The notes under the pieces are model-generated. The model saw only the letters and a list, made by a program, of their open reading frames with translations, had not been told where the DNA came from and made no database searches. 42,875 nt of DNA, taken from assembly GCA_963712115.1 (NCBI GenBank), contig CAVQGX010000045.1:1-42875 (forward strand), given 5' to 3'. This document shows, piece after piece, positions 24,839 to 34,543 of this stretch (within the stretch, counting starts at the first letter, position 1; each line of letters opens with the position of its first letter). Both the position numbers and the translations under genes were made by a program. This stretch comes from an uncultured delta proteobacterium. Its GTDB lineage: Bacteria; Desulfobacterota; Syntrophobacteria; BM002.

Positions 24839-26785
24839 ATGGCAAAGAACCTCGCACACAAAATTCTAGAAGCACATTTGGTAGAAGGACGTCTCATTCC
24901 AGGTGAGGAGATAGGTATAACTATCGACCACACACTATTGCAAGATGCCACAGGAACTATGGCTATGCTGGAATTCGAGGCCCTGGGTCTTGACCGGATT
25001 AGGGCCGAGCTTTCAGCCCAGTATGTGGATCACAATTTGCTGCAAACCGATAACAAGAACGCTGATGACCACGTGTACCTGCAAACCGCATGTGCGAGGT
25101 ACGGAATTCATTTCAGTCGTCCCGGCAACGGTATTTCGCACCAAGTTCACATGGAACGCTTCGGAGTGCCGGGCAAAACAATGTTGGGCGCAGACAGTCA
25201 CACCCCCGGTGCTGCCGGTGTTTCCATGCTGGCCATGGGTGCGGGAGGTCTGGACGTGTCTCTGGCAATGGCGGGCAGACCCTATTATTTCCCCTGCCCG
25301 ATAATCCTGGGGGTGAAATTAACCGGTGAACTTCCCGACTGGGTCAGCGCCAAAGACGTCATTCTCGAGATGCTGCGGCGCTATGATGTCAAGGGATGTG
25401 TGGGGAAGATCATTGAATACTACGGTCCGGGCGTAAAGAGCCTTTCTGCTACCGACCGCGAAACCATAGGCAACATGGGTACAGAGTTGGGTGCTACCAC
25501 TACGATTTTTCCGTCAGACGAAAACACCCGGACTTACCTGGAATCCGAGGGAAGGGGAGAGGTCTGGGTGGAATTCTCTGCCGATGAAGGTGCTGAATAT
25601 GATGAGTATGTGGAGATCGACCTCTCCAGTCTGGAACCATTGATCGCCTGTCCCTCATCTCCTGGCAATGTGGTCCCCGTCCGCGAGGTGGCCGGGATAA
25701 AAGTGCAGCAGACAATTGTGGGCAGTAGTGTCAACTCTTCTTTTCGAGATCTCATGGTAGTGGCGGAGATCGTCAAAGGACGTATCGCCCATCCGGATAC
25801 TTCTTTTCACATCAACCCGGGCAGCAGACAGGTGCTGGAAAACGTGGCTGCGCGGGGCGGAGTTATGAATCTGCTGGCAGCCGGAGCCCGGATCCACCAA
25901 TCCGGTTGTCTGGGATGTATTGGCATGGGTCAGGCTCCTGGCACCGGACAGGTGAGCCTGCGCACTTTTCCCAGGAACTTTCCAGGTCGTTCGGGAACGA
26001 AGGACGACAAGGTCTATCTTTGTTCCCCGGAAACAGCAGCAGCAGCAGCCCTGAAAGGGGTGATAACAGATCCCCGGGACTTGGGCAAAGAGATGGACTA
26101 TCCTAGGATTAAACACCCGGCGCAATACATCATCGACAAGTCTTCCATTATTTTTCCCTCAGAGGAAGGCCATAAAACCGAAGTCGTACGAGGTCCAAAC
26201 ATAAAGCCTTTCCCACAACTGGTTTCCCTTCCTGAAACACTTGCGGCAGAAGTGGTGCTCAAAGTGGATGACAATATTTCCACCGACACCATTATGCCGG
26301 CAGGAAATACGGTCCTACCTTTGCGATCCAATATTGAGGCCATAAGCGAGTTCGTCTACTATCAAATCTCGCCGAATTTTCATAGTGAGGCAAAAGAGAA
26401 GGGTGAGGTCGTGATTGTCGGCGGCGAAAACTACGGCCAGGGATCGAGTCGGGAGCATGCCGCTTTGGCGCCGCGATACCTGGGGGTACGAGCCAAGGTG
26501 GCCAAGAGCTTTGCCAGAATACACAAGGCCAATCTGTGCAACTTCGGTATCCTGCCTCTCACTTTCAAGAACCCGGAAGACTACCAGGGACTGAGCAAAG
26601 GAACCAAGGTGGTCTTCCGTGAGATAAGAAAGCGGATAGAGCAAGGGGAGACTGAAATTCCCATTGAAGTTAACGGGAAGCAGATTGTCACCCTGCTGGA
26701 TGTGTCCCAGCGTCAGCGTCAGGCTCTACTGGCAGGGGGAACTCTGAACTTGGTCAAAAAAGAACTACAATCACAAAAAACCTAA
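24839..26785 (+). CDS. Aconitate hydratase (short, ~650-aa type)
   Basis: LLQDATGTMA, GADSHT, GSSVNS, GCLGCIGMG, RTFPRNF, NISTD, NYGQGSSREHAA, FARIHKANL. Confidence 0.93.
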   Translation: MAKNLAHKILEAHLVEGRLIPGEEIGITIDHTLLQDATGTMAMLEFEALGLDRIRAELSAQYVDHNLLQTDNKNADDHVYLQTACARYGIHFSRPGNGISHQVHMERFGVPGKTMLGADSHTPGAAGVSMLAMGAGGLDVSLAMAGRPYYFPCPIILGVKLTGELPDWVSAKDVILEMLRRYDVKGCVGKIIEYYGPGVKSLSATDRETIGNMGTELGATTTIFPSDENTRTYLESEGRGEVWVEFSADEGAEYDEYVEIDLSSLEPLIACPSSPGNVVPVREVAGIKVQQTIVGSSVNSSFRDLMVVAEIVKGRIAHPDTSFHINPGSRQVLENVAARGGVMNLLAAGARIHQSGCLGCIGMGQAPGTGQVSLRTFPRNFPGRSGTKDDKVYLCSPETAAAAALKGVITDPRDLGKEMDYPRIKHPAQYIIDKSSIIFPSEEGHKTEVVRGPNIKPFPQLVSLPETLAAEVVLKVDDNISTDTIMPAGNTVLPLRSNIEAISEFVYYQISPNFHSEAKEKGEVVIVGGENYGQGSSREHAALAPRYLGVRAKVAKSFARIHKANLCNFGILPLTFKNPEDYQGLSKGTKVVFREIRKRIEQGETEIPIEVNGKQIVTLLDVSQRQRQALLAGGTLNLVKKELQSQKT

Positions 26786-26802
26786 CGCTCTGCGGAGTAA
26801 CA

Positions 26803-27753
26803 GTGGAAAACAAAATACGTTTGGGCATAAGTACCTGCCTTTTAGGCGAGAATGTTCGTTATGATGGTGGGCACAAACGTGATCGATTCATCATCGAGAC
26901 ACTTGGACAATTTGTCGAGTTTGTTCCGGTCTGTCCCGAAGTGGAGTGTGGTCTCCCCGTACCCCGCGAATCAATGCATCTGGCGGGTAATCCAGAGTCA
27001 CCCAGGTTGGTTACCACTCGCAGCAAAATTGATCACACCGAGAGAATGTTGAACTGGGCGAGAAAACGCGTGGGGGAACTGGAAAAGGAAGACCTTTGCG
27101 GTTTTGTTTTCAAGAGTAACTCTCCAAGTTCGGGAATGGAGCGGGTTAAGATCTATAACGAACATGGAGTCCCTCAAAAGACAGGGGTTGGCATGTTTGC
27201 TCGGGCCTTTATGGATCATTTTCCTCTCATTCCAGTTGAAGAGGATGGGCGACTACACGATATCAGGTTACGGGAGAATTTCATCGAGCTTATCTTTGCT
27301 CTCAAAAGATGGCGAGAGCTCCTGGACCACAACCAGAGTAGAGGAAAGCTCGTCGCCTTCCACACGCAGCACAAGCTGCTCATTCTGTCTCATAGCCAGA
27401 AACATGCACGCGTTTTGGGTAAACTTGTGGCAGAAGCTAAAAACATTCCGGCGGAACAGCTCTATTCTCAGTACCAAATGTTTTTTATGGAAGCACTCAG
27501 ACTTAAGACCACGATCAGGAAAAACATCAACGTGTTGCAGCACATGATGGGCTATTTCAAAAAACAGCTCTCAGCCGACGAAAAACGAGAACTCTTGGAG
27601 ACAATAGATCAATATCGGGATGAATACATCCCCCTGATCGTGCCTGTTACGCTGCTTAAGCACTACGTTCGAAAATACGAACAGCACTATCTGAAAGAGC
27701 AACTGTATCTGAACCCTCATCCCATTGAGCTTAAGCTCAGAAACCACGCCTAG
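26803..27753 (+). CDS. ybgA: YbgA-family protein (DUF523 2-thiouracil desulfidase-like + DUF1722)
   Basis: GISTCLLGENVRYDGGH, VCPEVECGL, SPSSG, HMMGYFK, IPLIVP. Confidence 0.9.
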   Translation: MENKIRLGISTCLLGENVRYDGGHKRDRFIIETLGQFVEFVPVCPEVECGLPVPRESMHLAGNPESPRLVTTRSKIDHTERMLNWARKRVGELEKEDLCGFVFKSNSPSSGMERVKIYNEHGVPQKTGVGMFARAFMDHFPLIPVEEDGRLHDIRLRENFIELIFALKRWRELLDHNQSRGKLVAFHTQHKLLILSHSQKHARVLGKLVAEAKNIPAEQLYSQYQMFFMEALRLKTTIRKNINVLQHMMGYFKKQLSADEKRELLETIDQYRDEYIPLIVPVTLLKHYVRKYEQHYLKEQLYLNPHPIELKLRNHA

Positions 27754-27791
27754 TCTGTCTACTAGGCGAGTTAGTTGGTATGTGGCACTTT

Positions 27792-27993
27792 AAATTCGAA
27801 TGTCGAATATCTAAATTGTCCTTCGGACTCCCACCCTTCGGGCGGGTTCCCAGTTTCGAAACAAATCCGAATGTTCAAAATCCCAGATGCCAGACGACTG
27901 AATTGAGAATTTGAAAGAGTACATGAAGTTTTGGACGTTTGAATTTTGAATTTGGGATTTGTTTAGCATTTCGTGCTTGGGATTTAGGATTTG
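27792..27993. repeat. Long inverted heptamer-periodic element (AAATYCG family) with a nested 39-bp insert
   Basis: Left arm AAATTCGAATGTCGAATATCTAAAT..TCGAAACAAATCCGAAT; right arm ends GTGCTTGGGATTTAGGATTTG, identical to 30432-30452. Confidence 0.8.
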
Positions 27994-28053
27994 GTAAATA
28001 TAGGTAGGGCGGCTCTCTGCAGCCGCCAGATTAGTTTCGAGGAACAACTGTAT

Positions 28054-28500
28054 ATGTCTTCTTGGTTAGAAACCTATAAGCCCGTCGCCTCCAGCCGACT
28101 GCAACTTTTGCTGGCGGGGTGTACTTGGAGCACCGTGGGAATGGGATTGATTTGTGTGGGCACCTACTGGGTGGTGAGCACTAATAGTTACAATATTGGC
28201 TTGCTGGTAATTTCGCTGTGTCTAGGATTTGGCAAATCACTTCTAGTTTTAGACCGAGTAGCAAAGCGAATTATAGAACGCATTGAGCTACGGGGTGAGG
28301 GTCGATGTTTGGCAAGTTTTTATTCTTTGCGAGTCTGGGCCATTGTAGTGGTTATGATGCTAATGGGTCGAATACTTCGTGGCGCGGGTATATCTTATTC
28401 CCTCCTGGGTCTCATTTACGCGGCCGTAGGCACCAGCTTACTTATGTCCAGCCGGTCCATTTGGCGGGCGTGGAAAGACCATCCCCAAGCCGATTTATAG
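28054..28500 (+). CDS. Hypothetical integral membrane protein (about 4 TM helices)
   Basis: Four hydrophobic segments; start placed outside the repeat at MSSWLETYKP. Confidence 0.75.
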   Translation: MSSWLETYKPVASSRLQLLLAGCTWSTVGMGLICVGTYWVVSTNSYNIGLLVISLCLGFGKSLLVLDRVAKRIIERIELRGEGRCLASFYSLRVWAIVVVMMLMGRILRGAGISYSLLGLIYAAVGTSLLMSSRSIWRAWKDHPQADL

Positions 28501-28660
28501 GGCTGAAGCTGTGGGGGTTTGACTTTCAGCTTTTTCCAATATTCCCAAAAGATTTCAGTTGAATCTCCTTGCCTGGTGCAAATTTGTGCTTATCTTTAAG
28601 GATAAATTTTTATTCACCAGCGAATGATAGCTCTCGCATATGTGGAGAGGAGAATACGAC

Positions 28661-29095
28661 ATGAAAGATAAGCGTAATTTGCACCTTGAGGTGCAAGAAC
28701 ACCTAGACTGTTTTGCCAATACAGATCCACTCAAAGAGATGTCCGAAATCACCAAGGACAAGGACAAAGATCAGGCTGCCCTAAAATGGCTGGCCTTGGC
28801 AGTCTTGCATGGCATCAACTTCAATGCCAAGAAAATCTCAATCAAGACGGCAGCCGATGGTACTACAACGGTGCAGGCTAAGTATCGCGAGACAGAACTT
28901 CCATCGCCGGGCGGAGAGATTGGCCGGAACATAGTTGAGGCCATACGTCGGATAACTCATTTTGAGGGCGAAAAAGGTAAGGGACCTCTCGCGCTCGGCC
29001 TTCGCAATGACAATCTTGAGATTGGTATCAAGGTTAAACGGGACGAGCATGGGGAGACAGTTACTTTGAAGTTCCCCAAATCAAATAACAGGTGA
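28661..29095 (+). CDS. Hypothetical protein, weakly resembling the GspE/PilB N-terminal domain
   Basis: GAGGAG RBS; AVLHGINFNAKKISI...KYR...LPSP...IVEAIRRI pattern; no Walker motifs. Confidence 0.65.
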   Translation: MKDKRNLHLEVQEHLDCFANTDPLKEMSEITKDKDKDQAALKWLALAVLHGINFNAKKISIKTAADGTTTVQAKYRETELPSPGGEIGRNIVEAIRRITHFEGEKGKGPLALGLRNDNLEIGIKVKRDEHGETVTLKFPKSNNR

Positions 29096-29224
29096 TGGGA
29101 AGCACCTATTTATCTGAGGTAGTGGCCCATTTTTGTGGGAGTGGCTTGGAAGTCACTCCCACAATGTGTGATCCGCATCAGGTATACACCTGTATTTGAG
29201 AAATTTATCTCGAAAGGAGAAAAG

Positions 29225-29755
29225 ATGAGTAGCTCGACGGAAAAGCGTATAGAAGCCTTGGAGATGGCCCTTAATAACGAGTCGAGGGAGAGAGATTTCT
29301 ATCTGAAGCATGCAGAGAGAACGAGCAACTCTTTCGGTAAGTTGATGTTTCAATCCATCGCCAAAGATGAGGACGAACACTACCAAAAGATCCTGGAGCT
29401 GCACAAGAAGCTCAAGGAAAAGGGTAAGTGGCCAGAAACCATACCCTTAAAGGTCAAGGGGGTGGATATGAAAGCGGTGCTCAAGAAGGTCATTGCCTCT
29501 GTAGACACTTCCGCCAAAGTTGACACCGATGACATGGAAGCTGTGAAGATCGCCATAGATTTTGAGTCGAAAGGAGAGAAGTTCTATAGCGATCTCCGCG
29601 ACTCGGTTGACGACCCTATGGAGAAAGAATTCTATGGGATATTGGCTTCCATGGAGCGGGAGCACCGCCTTTCCCTTGAGGATACCTATGATTATTTTAA
29701 AGACCCTGAAGGGTGGTACCGGATGAAGGAAAAACGTCATCTTGACGGTGGCTAA
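29225..29755 (+). CDS. Ferritin-like (rubrerythrin diiron domain only) protein
   Basis: ALNNE..ERDFY, DEDEHY, AIDFESKGEKFY, MEREH; AAGGAG RBS. Confidence 0.9.
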   Translation: MSSSTEKRIEALEMALNNESRERDFYLKHAERTSNSFGKLMFQSIAKDEDEHYQKILELHKKLKEKGKWPETIPLKVKGVDMKAVLKKVIASVDTSAKVDTDDMEAVKIAIDFESKGEKFYSDLRDSVDDPMEKEFYGILASMEREHRLSLEDTYDYFKDPEGWYRMKEKRHLDGG

Positions 29756-29768
29756 ATCTCTGAATCAA

Positions 29769-30194
29769 TCAATCTTCCCGGGAAACCTTCCAACCCCTTT
29801 CCCGTTTTAAATGACCCCGGTGCTTCTTGTGGGCAATCCGCTTTTCCTTTGCTGCGGATGGTACTTTAATTGGCTTTCGTCCAGGCCTCAGTTCCAAAGC
29901 TTGCTGCAAGAGCTCAACAAAGCGCTCCAAGGCCACCTCCCTGTTAGCGGCCTGACTGCGAGTTTTCTGTGAGACAACCCGCAGCACTCCTAGCTTATTG
30001 ATTCGAGTCGGTAGTCGCTCTAGCAAAAGCTGTTTCTGATCTGGGCTAAGGCTGGGTGAGTTGGCCAGGTCAAACCTGAGCGTTACTCGAGTGCTGGCCT
30101 TATTGACGTGTTGACCTCCTGGGCCACTGCTACGCGAAGCGGTGAACTTGATTTCTTCCTGCGGAATCAAAAGTTGGTCGGTTATGCGAATCAT
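29769..30194 (-). CDS. arfB: Alternative ribosome rescue factor ArfB (peptidyl-tRNA hydrolase)
   Basis: RSSGPGGQHVNK, RSQAANRE, basic C-terminal tail. Confidence 0.95.
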   Translation of the reverse strand: MIRITDQLLIPQEEIKFTASRSSGPGGQHVNKASTRVTLRFDLANSPSLSPDQKQLLLERLPTRINKLGVLRVVSQKTRSQAANREVALERFVELLQQALELRPGRKPIKVPSAAKEKRIAHKKHRGHLKRERGWKVSRED

Positions 30195-30272
30195 GGAGAG
30201 AATATAGCATATTCGCTCCCCCATCTCACTCGGTTATCCAATTGTACGCCTCATCTATGGCGAATTAGATGT

Positions 30273-30452
30273 AAAATTCGAATATCTAAATCCGAAATCC
30301 TAAACAAGTCCAAAATTCCAAATCCAAATGACCAAAACATCTACTATACCTTTATGCATGCGAATTGAATCGCCAGATGCGTTACCGTTTTTAATTTTGA
30401 ATTTGGAAGATTTGAATTTGTTTGGAATTTGGTGCTTGGGATTTAGGATTTG
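30273..30452. repeat. Long inverted heptamer-periodic element, second copy
   Basis: AAAATTCGAATATCTAAATCCGAAATCCTAAACAAG... / ...TTTGGAATTTGGTGCTTGGGATTTAGGATTTG; contains the EamA stop codon. Confidence 0.82.
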
Positions 30453-31396
30453 TCTTCTGGAGGATTGCCTTTTGGGGTGGCTTGGGCGCGAATCAGCTCG
30501 GGTGTCAGTTCGTCTTTCTCACTTCGTAATTGCAGCAACACTATTGCTGTAATCACCAATATACCACCAAGAACCTGAAAGGGTTCAAGGGTCTCACCAA
30601 GAAAAAGGTAGGCAATGAAGCCGGCTGAGATGGGTTCTAAGGTGGCCGTGATCGAAGCACGGGTTGATCGGATGTAATTTATGCCGACGAAATATAGGCC
30701 AAAAGGAATAGCGGTACCCAGGAATGCTATGTACAAGAGCCCTGTCCATTGGGACCAGGTGAATCCTGCTACCAGGTAATGAAAGGGAGGATAGAAAATG
30801 TACCAGGGAATGGCTGAGAACAACAGGGAATAGAAGAGTACGGTCCAGGGGGAGTAACGATGCATTGCCCTTTCACCAAGCAAAGCATATGAAGCATAGC
30901 AAACTGCCGAGGCCAGGCCCCACAATATTCCTGCGCGGTTCAGTTGCAGAAGTTGGAGGTTGTATCCTCCAACCACCAGGTAGCAGCCGATAAAAGATAA
31001 AAACAGGGATAGCAACTTGAACACGGTTAAGCGCTCTCTCCAAAAACAAACTGAGTAAAAGGCCACCAGAATTGGAGCCAGATACTGAAGGAGTATGGCT
31101 GCCGCCACTTGAATTTTGCTGATGGCGGTGAAGTAGGTCAACTGAACTAGGGCCATGACCACGCAGCCCAGGAAAGCCAGAAACCAGAAGTCTTTGCCTT
31201 GGATTCGAAAAAGATGTCTGGCGCGGATTCCGAAGAATAAGGCAAGGAGGAGGGATCCAAATGTGGCCCTGACCTGGACAACATCCAGGGGCGTAATTCC
31301 ACCTGCAAAAAGTCCTTTTCCCACTGTGCCAGAGGCAGCCCACAGTATGGCTGCGCTTATCACACAGAGATATCCTTTAGTTGAGCTGGTTGTCAC
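30443..31396 (-). CDS. DMT/EamA-family transporter
   Basis: About 10 TM helices, two EamA repeats, LQYLAP and TLEP motifs. Confidence 0.92.
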   Translation of the reverse strand: MTTSSTKGYLCVISAAILWAASGTVGKGLFAGGITPLDVVQVRATFGSLLLALFFGIRARHLFRIQGKDFWFLAFLGCVVMALVQLTYFTAISKIQVAAAILLQYLAPILVAFYSVCFWRERLTVFKLLSLFLSFIGCYLVVGGYNLQLLQLNRAGILWGLASAVCYASYALLGERAMHRYSPWTVLFYSLLFSAIPWYIFYPPFHYLVAGFTWSQWTGLLYIAFLGTAIPFGLYFVGINYIRSTRASITATLEPISAGFIAYLFLGETLEPFQVLGGILVITAIVLLQLRSEKDELTPELIRAQATPKGNPPEDKS

Positions 31397-31407
31397 GGCG
31401 ATGCCCC

Positions 31408-31591
31408 CAGCCCGGATATCTCACGAATGGCCGTCGCGAGACCGTGGAGAAGGCTGTGCCACCGGGCAACCGCAGGGGGTTGGACCCGAGGCGCACTTGG
31501 AAAGTACGTTGCAGGGTCCGACACCCGAGGACGACCGGGAGGACGGTCATAACCACGGTCGCAGTAGGCCATTCGTGAAATATCCGGGCTA
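31408..31591 (+). mobile_element. MITE-like TIR element, copy 2 (184 bp)
   Basis: AGCCCGGATATCTCACGAATGGCC ... GGCCATTCGTGAAATATCCGGGCT. Confidence 0.88.
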
Positions 31592-32287
31592 ATAACTCCC
31601 ATAGGTTCGACGGATTTGCTTAAACAGGGGATTCATGTCATACATGTAGGATTGTTTCTCCAACCTGTCCAATTTATTCAACCACTTTTGCCGGTAAACT
31701 TCCTGCCCTTTTCTAAATCGTACTGAGGTTTGTTTCCAGCTGGGATGGTCCATTTGCGTCTTCAAGGCGTCCAGCTCGAAGAGGATAGGAAATAATCCCC
31801 TGAGCCTGACCTCGCTATTTTCGCTGGTATCGACATTTTCTAAATAGTTTAACTCTGCCGTGGCCCAGAATTTGGCGTGTGCTCCTTCATGTTGAACAAC
31901 GCTTTGGAAATCGCCATAAGTGAAGGCGGGGTGGAACATCTTCGGGCCAAAGGTCATTCTAGAAGGATAGCCCCGGCCAATAGCAAGGGCATGGCTAGTG
32001 GTACGATAGCTTCCATTTTGAGCCCTCACCAAAGGGTTGGTAACGGCAAAGACCTTTACTTCGCTAGAATATAGGATCTCCAGTACATAATCCGGTAGCC
32101 CCTCCCGTTGCACGTACGATTCGATGAAATTGTTGCGCAACTGCGGTTCTCTCTGAGCCTGGAAAAAAAACTCTCGGAGGTCATTGGTTTGGCCCGTGAC
32201 CTTGTCGATGCAAGGCGGTAGGAGGGCAATCATCAGAACAGTGACGAAAAGCCTATAGATTTTAATGTTCGAATGGCTACCTTGCAC
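31589..32287 (-). CDS. Hypothetical exported protein with an HExxH zinc-peptidase-like motif
   Basis: Hydrophobic N-terminus; QHEGAHAK followed by FELDAL (possible third Glu ligand). Confidence 0.6.
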   Translation of the reverse strand: MQGSHSNIKIYRLFVTVLMIALLPPCIDKVTGQTNDLREFFFQAQREPQLRNNFIESYVQREGLPDYVLEILYSSEVKVFAVTNPLVRAQNGSYRTTSHALAIGRGYPSRMTFGPKMFHPAFTYGDFQSVVQHEGAHAKFWATAELNYLENVDTSENSEVRLRGLFPILFELDALKTQMDHPSWKQTSVRFRKGQEVYRQKWLNKLDRLEKQSYMYDMNPLFKQIRRTYGSY

Positions 32288-32308
32288 TGCACAGACCTGC
32301 TGACTGTA

Positions 32309-32395
32309 GTGTTCAGGTTTCAGTGTTCAGAAAAGGAAAAATCAGGGTGCAAGTTTAGCCTCTGTGTTTCTACTCCTGAACACTGAAACCCGAAA
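32309..32395. repeat. Inverted GTGTTCA/TGAACAC heptamer arrays
   Basis: GTGTTCA GGTTTCA GTGTTCA ... CTGAACA CTGAAAC CCGAAA. Confidence 0.78.
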
Positions 32396-32423
32396 TCTTA
32401 CATCAATTTCAATCAGACCGGGG

Positions 32424-34538
32424 TTAAACCGAAGCAAACTGCAATTGGTGCAAACGGTAATAGAACTCTCTGCGTGAGAGAAGATCCTCTTGAGTGCCGT
32501 GTTCGACAATCCTTCCTTTATGTAAGACCAAAATCCGATCAGCTTGGCGTATGGTGGAAAGCCTATGGGCTATAACCAGGGTGGTTCTTCCTTGAAAAAG
32601 GCGTTGCAAGGCCTGCTGAATCAGGTACTCTGTCTCACTGTCAATGTTTGCTGTGGCCTCATCGAGAATTAGTACTTTCGGGTCATAAGCCATAGCCCGG
32701 GCGATGGCGAGGAGTTGACGCTGCCCAGTGGAAAGGGTGACGCCACCTTCCTGCACCTCCGCATCCAGTTGGCCGGGAAGGCGGGAAACCAGATCTTCCA
32801 GGTGAGCCAGGCGAGTAATTCTCTCAAGCTCTCTTGAGGATATGTGGCGATTTAAGGCGATATTTTCCCTCAACCTTCCGGCAAAGAGAAATACATCTTG
32901 CATTATCAGTCCAACCTGAGACCTGAGCCAGGACAGGTCCAGATCTCGAATATCTCTCCCATCAAGAAGAATTCTTCCCCCCTGTGGTTGGTGAAATCTT
33001 TCTAAGAGATGCATCAGAGTGGTTTTGCCGGCGCCGGTGACACCCACAATCGCAAGGGTTTCGCCACTCCGGACCTTGAAAGAGATATCTTTCAAAACCG
33101 GTTCGTCGTGGTGATAGCCAAAAGTCACCTGTTGAAACTCTATTTCACCCTTCAGCGAGTGAGGTTTGGCTTTGCCGGAAGTGTATTTCTCTTTCTCCTT
33201 GTCGTCCAGAAGAAGGAAGATGCGCTCGGCAGAAGCCATGGCGGACTGCATAATGCTGTATTTTTGTGAGACATCTCGAATGGGTCCAAAAAACATTCGC
33301 AGGTAAGAAATAAAAACCACGAGAGCGCCAAGAGTCAGACTATCAGACAAAACCTGCCTGCCCCCATACCAGAGGAGCAATGCGATGGTGGTAGTGGCCA
33401 GTAATTCAATACAGGGGAAAAAGACTGCTTGGATAGTTATTTGTCTCACGGTGGCGTTGTAGTAACTATGGTTGAGAGCTTCAAAACGACTCAAGGTCGC
33501 CCTCTCTTGGCGAAAAATTTTGATTACCCTGATGCCGGAAAGATATTCATTTAGAACAGCATTGATCTTGGCCAATTTGGCTCTAATCTCTCGGTAGGCG
33601 GAGCGAACCTGGATACCAAAAGCACGAAAAAGAACCGCTATGAGGGGAATAACGGACAGGGTGACCAGAGTGAGAGTCCAACTGAGGTTAAAGAGAATCA
33701 CTAGAATACCAAAAAGCAGTACCGCATCTTTTAAAAGGGTCATCACCACGGATCCGAACATCTCGTCCAGGTTTTGGATGTCATTGGTCAGACGGGTGAC
33801 CAGTCTTCCAACCGGATTTCGGTTGAAGAAGGAGAGAGACATTTTTTGTAGATGGCTAAAAAGCTGCATACGCAAGTCGTGCATCATGTGTTGGCCGGCA
33901 TAGACCATCAACAGATTCTGGCCAAAGGTACAAGCTGCGCTAAGGAGAAGAAGCGAAACAAAGATGAATCCCAAACGGTAGAGCCCGGAGATGTCGTGTC
34001 TGCGCAAGGCAACGATCTCAGCGGCTGAGAGTTTGGCCTGATCTCGGTAGTTAATGTAAGTAATTCCATTGGCACTGTGAAAAAGGCTGGGATGGGCCAG
34101 AACTACTTCTTTTTGGGCTGCGGTTTGGATGGAAGTGAAATAGAAACGCTGGGGGGTAATCACGCCCTTTTCTTCAAGCCATCGAAGCAGGCGAGGATCC
34201 ACCTGGGTCAAAGTTTGTCCGCTTATGAAGAATTGTCCAGGTTCCGGGCCCAAGTTTAACTTTCCACGGACCTGGTTGAGAAAGCTTGTGAGTGGTGGCT
34301 CCGCCGGGGCTTCCGGCACCATCACTTGTCGGGCAGAAGGCAAAATGTATCTGTCTATACCTACCTTGAGCAAGTAAGGTAGGGCGAGGTCGAATCCGGT
34401 TACTAACAAGATGAGCACGCAGCTCAAGCCGATAACTTTGAGGTAGGCTCGTGCATAGCCGGCCAGACGACGCCAGAGCGGCCAGTCATATGGCTTTCCT
34501 AACTTCCCTTCCTCAAAGTAGCCGTAATTACCGTGCAT
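32424..34538 (-). CDS. ABC exporter permease/ATPase, MdlB-like half with a large insert between TM1 and TM2
   Basis: GVTGAGKT, LSTGQRQ, ILDEATA, IAHRLST. Confidence 0.93.
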   Translation of the reverse strand: MHGNYGYFEEGKLGKPYDWPLWRRLAGYARAYLKVIGLSCVLILLVTGFDLALPYLLKVGIDRYILPSARQVMVPEAPAEPPLTSFLNQVRGKLNLGPEPGQFFISGQTLTQVDPRLLRWLEEKGVITPQRFYFTSIQTAAQKEVVLAHPSLFHSANGITYINYRDQAKLSAAEIVALRRHDISGLYRLGFIFVSLLLLSAACTFGQNLLMVYAGQHMMHDLRMQLFSHLQKMSLSFFNRNPVGRLVTRLTNDIQNLDEMFGSVVMTLLKDAVLLFGILVILFNLSWTLTLVTLSVIPLIAVLFRAFGIQVRSAYREIRAKLAKINAVLNEYLSGIRVIKIFRQERATLSRFEALNHSYYNATVRQITIQAVFFPCIELLATTTIALLLWYGGRQVLSDSLTLGALVVFISYLRMFFGPIRDVSQKYSIMQSAMASAERIFLLLDDKEKEKYTSGKAKPHSLKGEIEFQQVTFGYHHDEPVLKDISFKVRSGETLAIVGVTGAGKTTLMHLLERFHQPQGGRILLDGRDIRDLDLSWLRSQVGLIMQDVFLFAGRLRENIALNRHISSRELERITRLAHLEDLVSRLPGQLDAEVQEGGVTLSTGQRQLLAIARAMAYDPKVLILDEATANIDSETEYLIQQALQRLFQGRTTLVIAHRLSTIRQADRILVLHKGRIVEHGTQEDLLSRREFYYRLHQLQFASV

Positions 34539-34543
34539 GTCGA

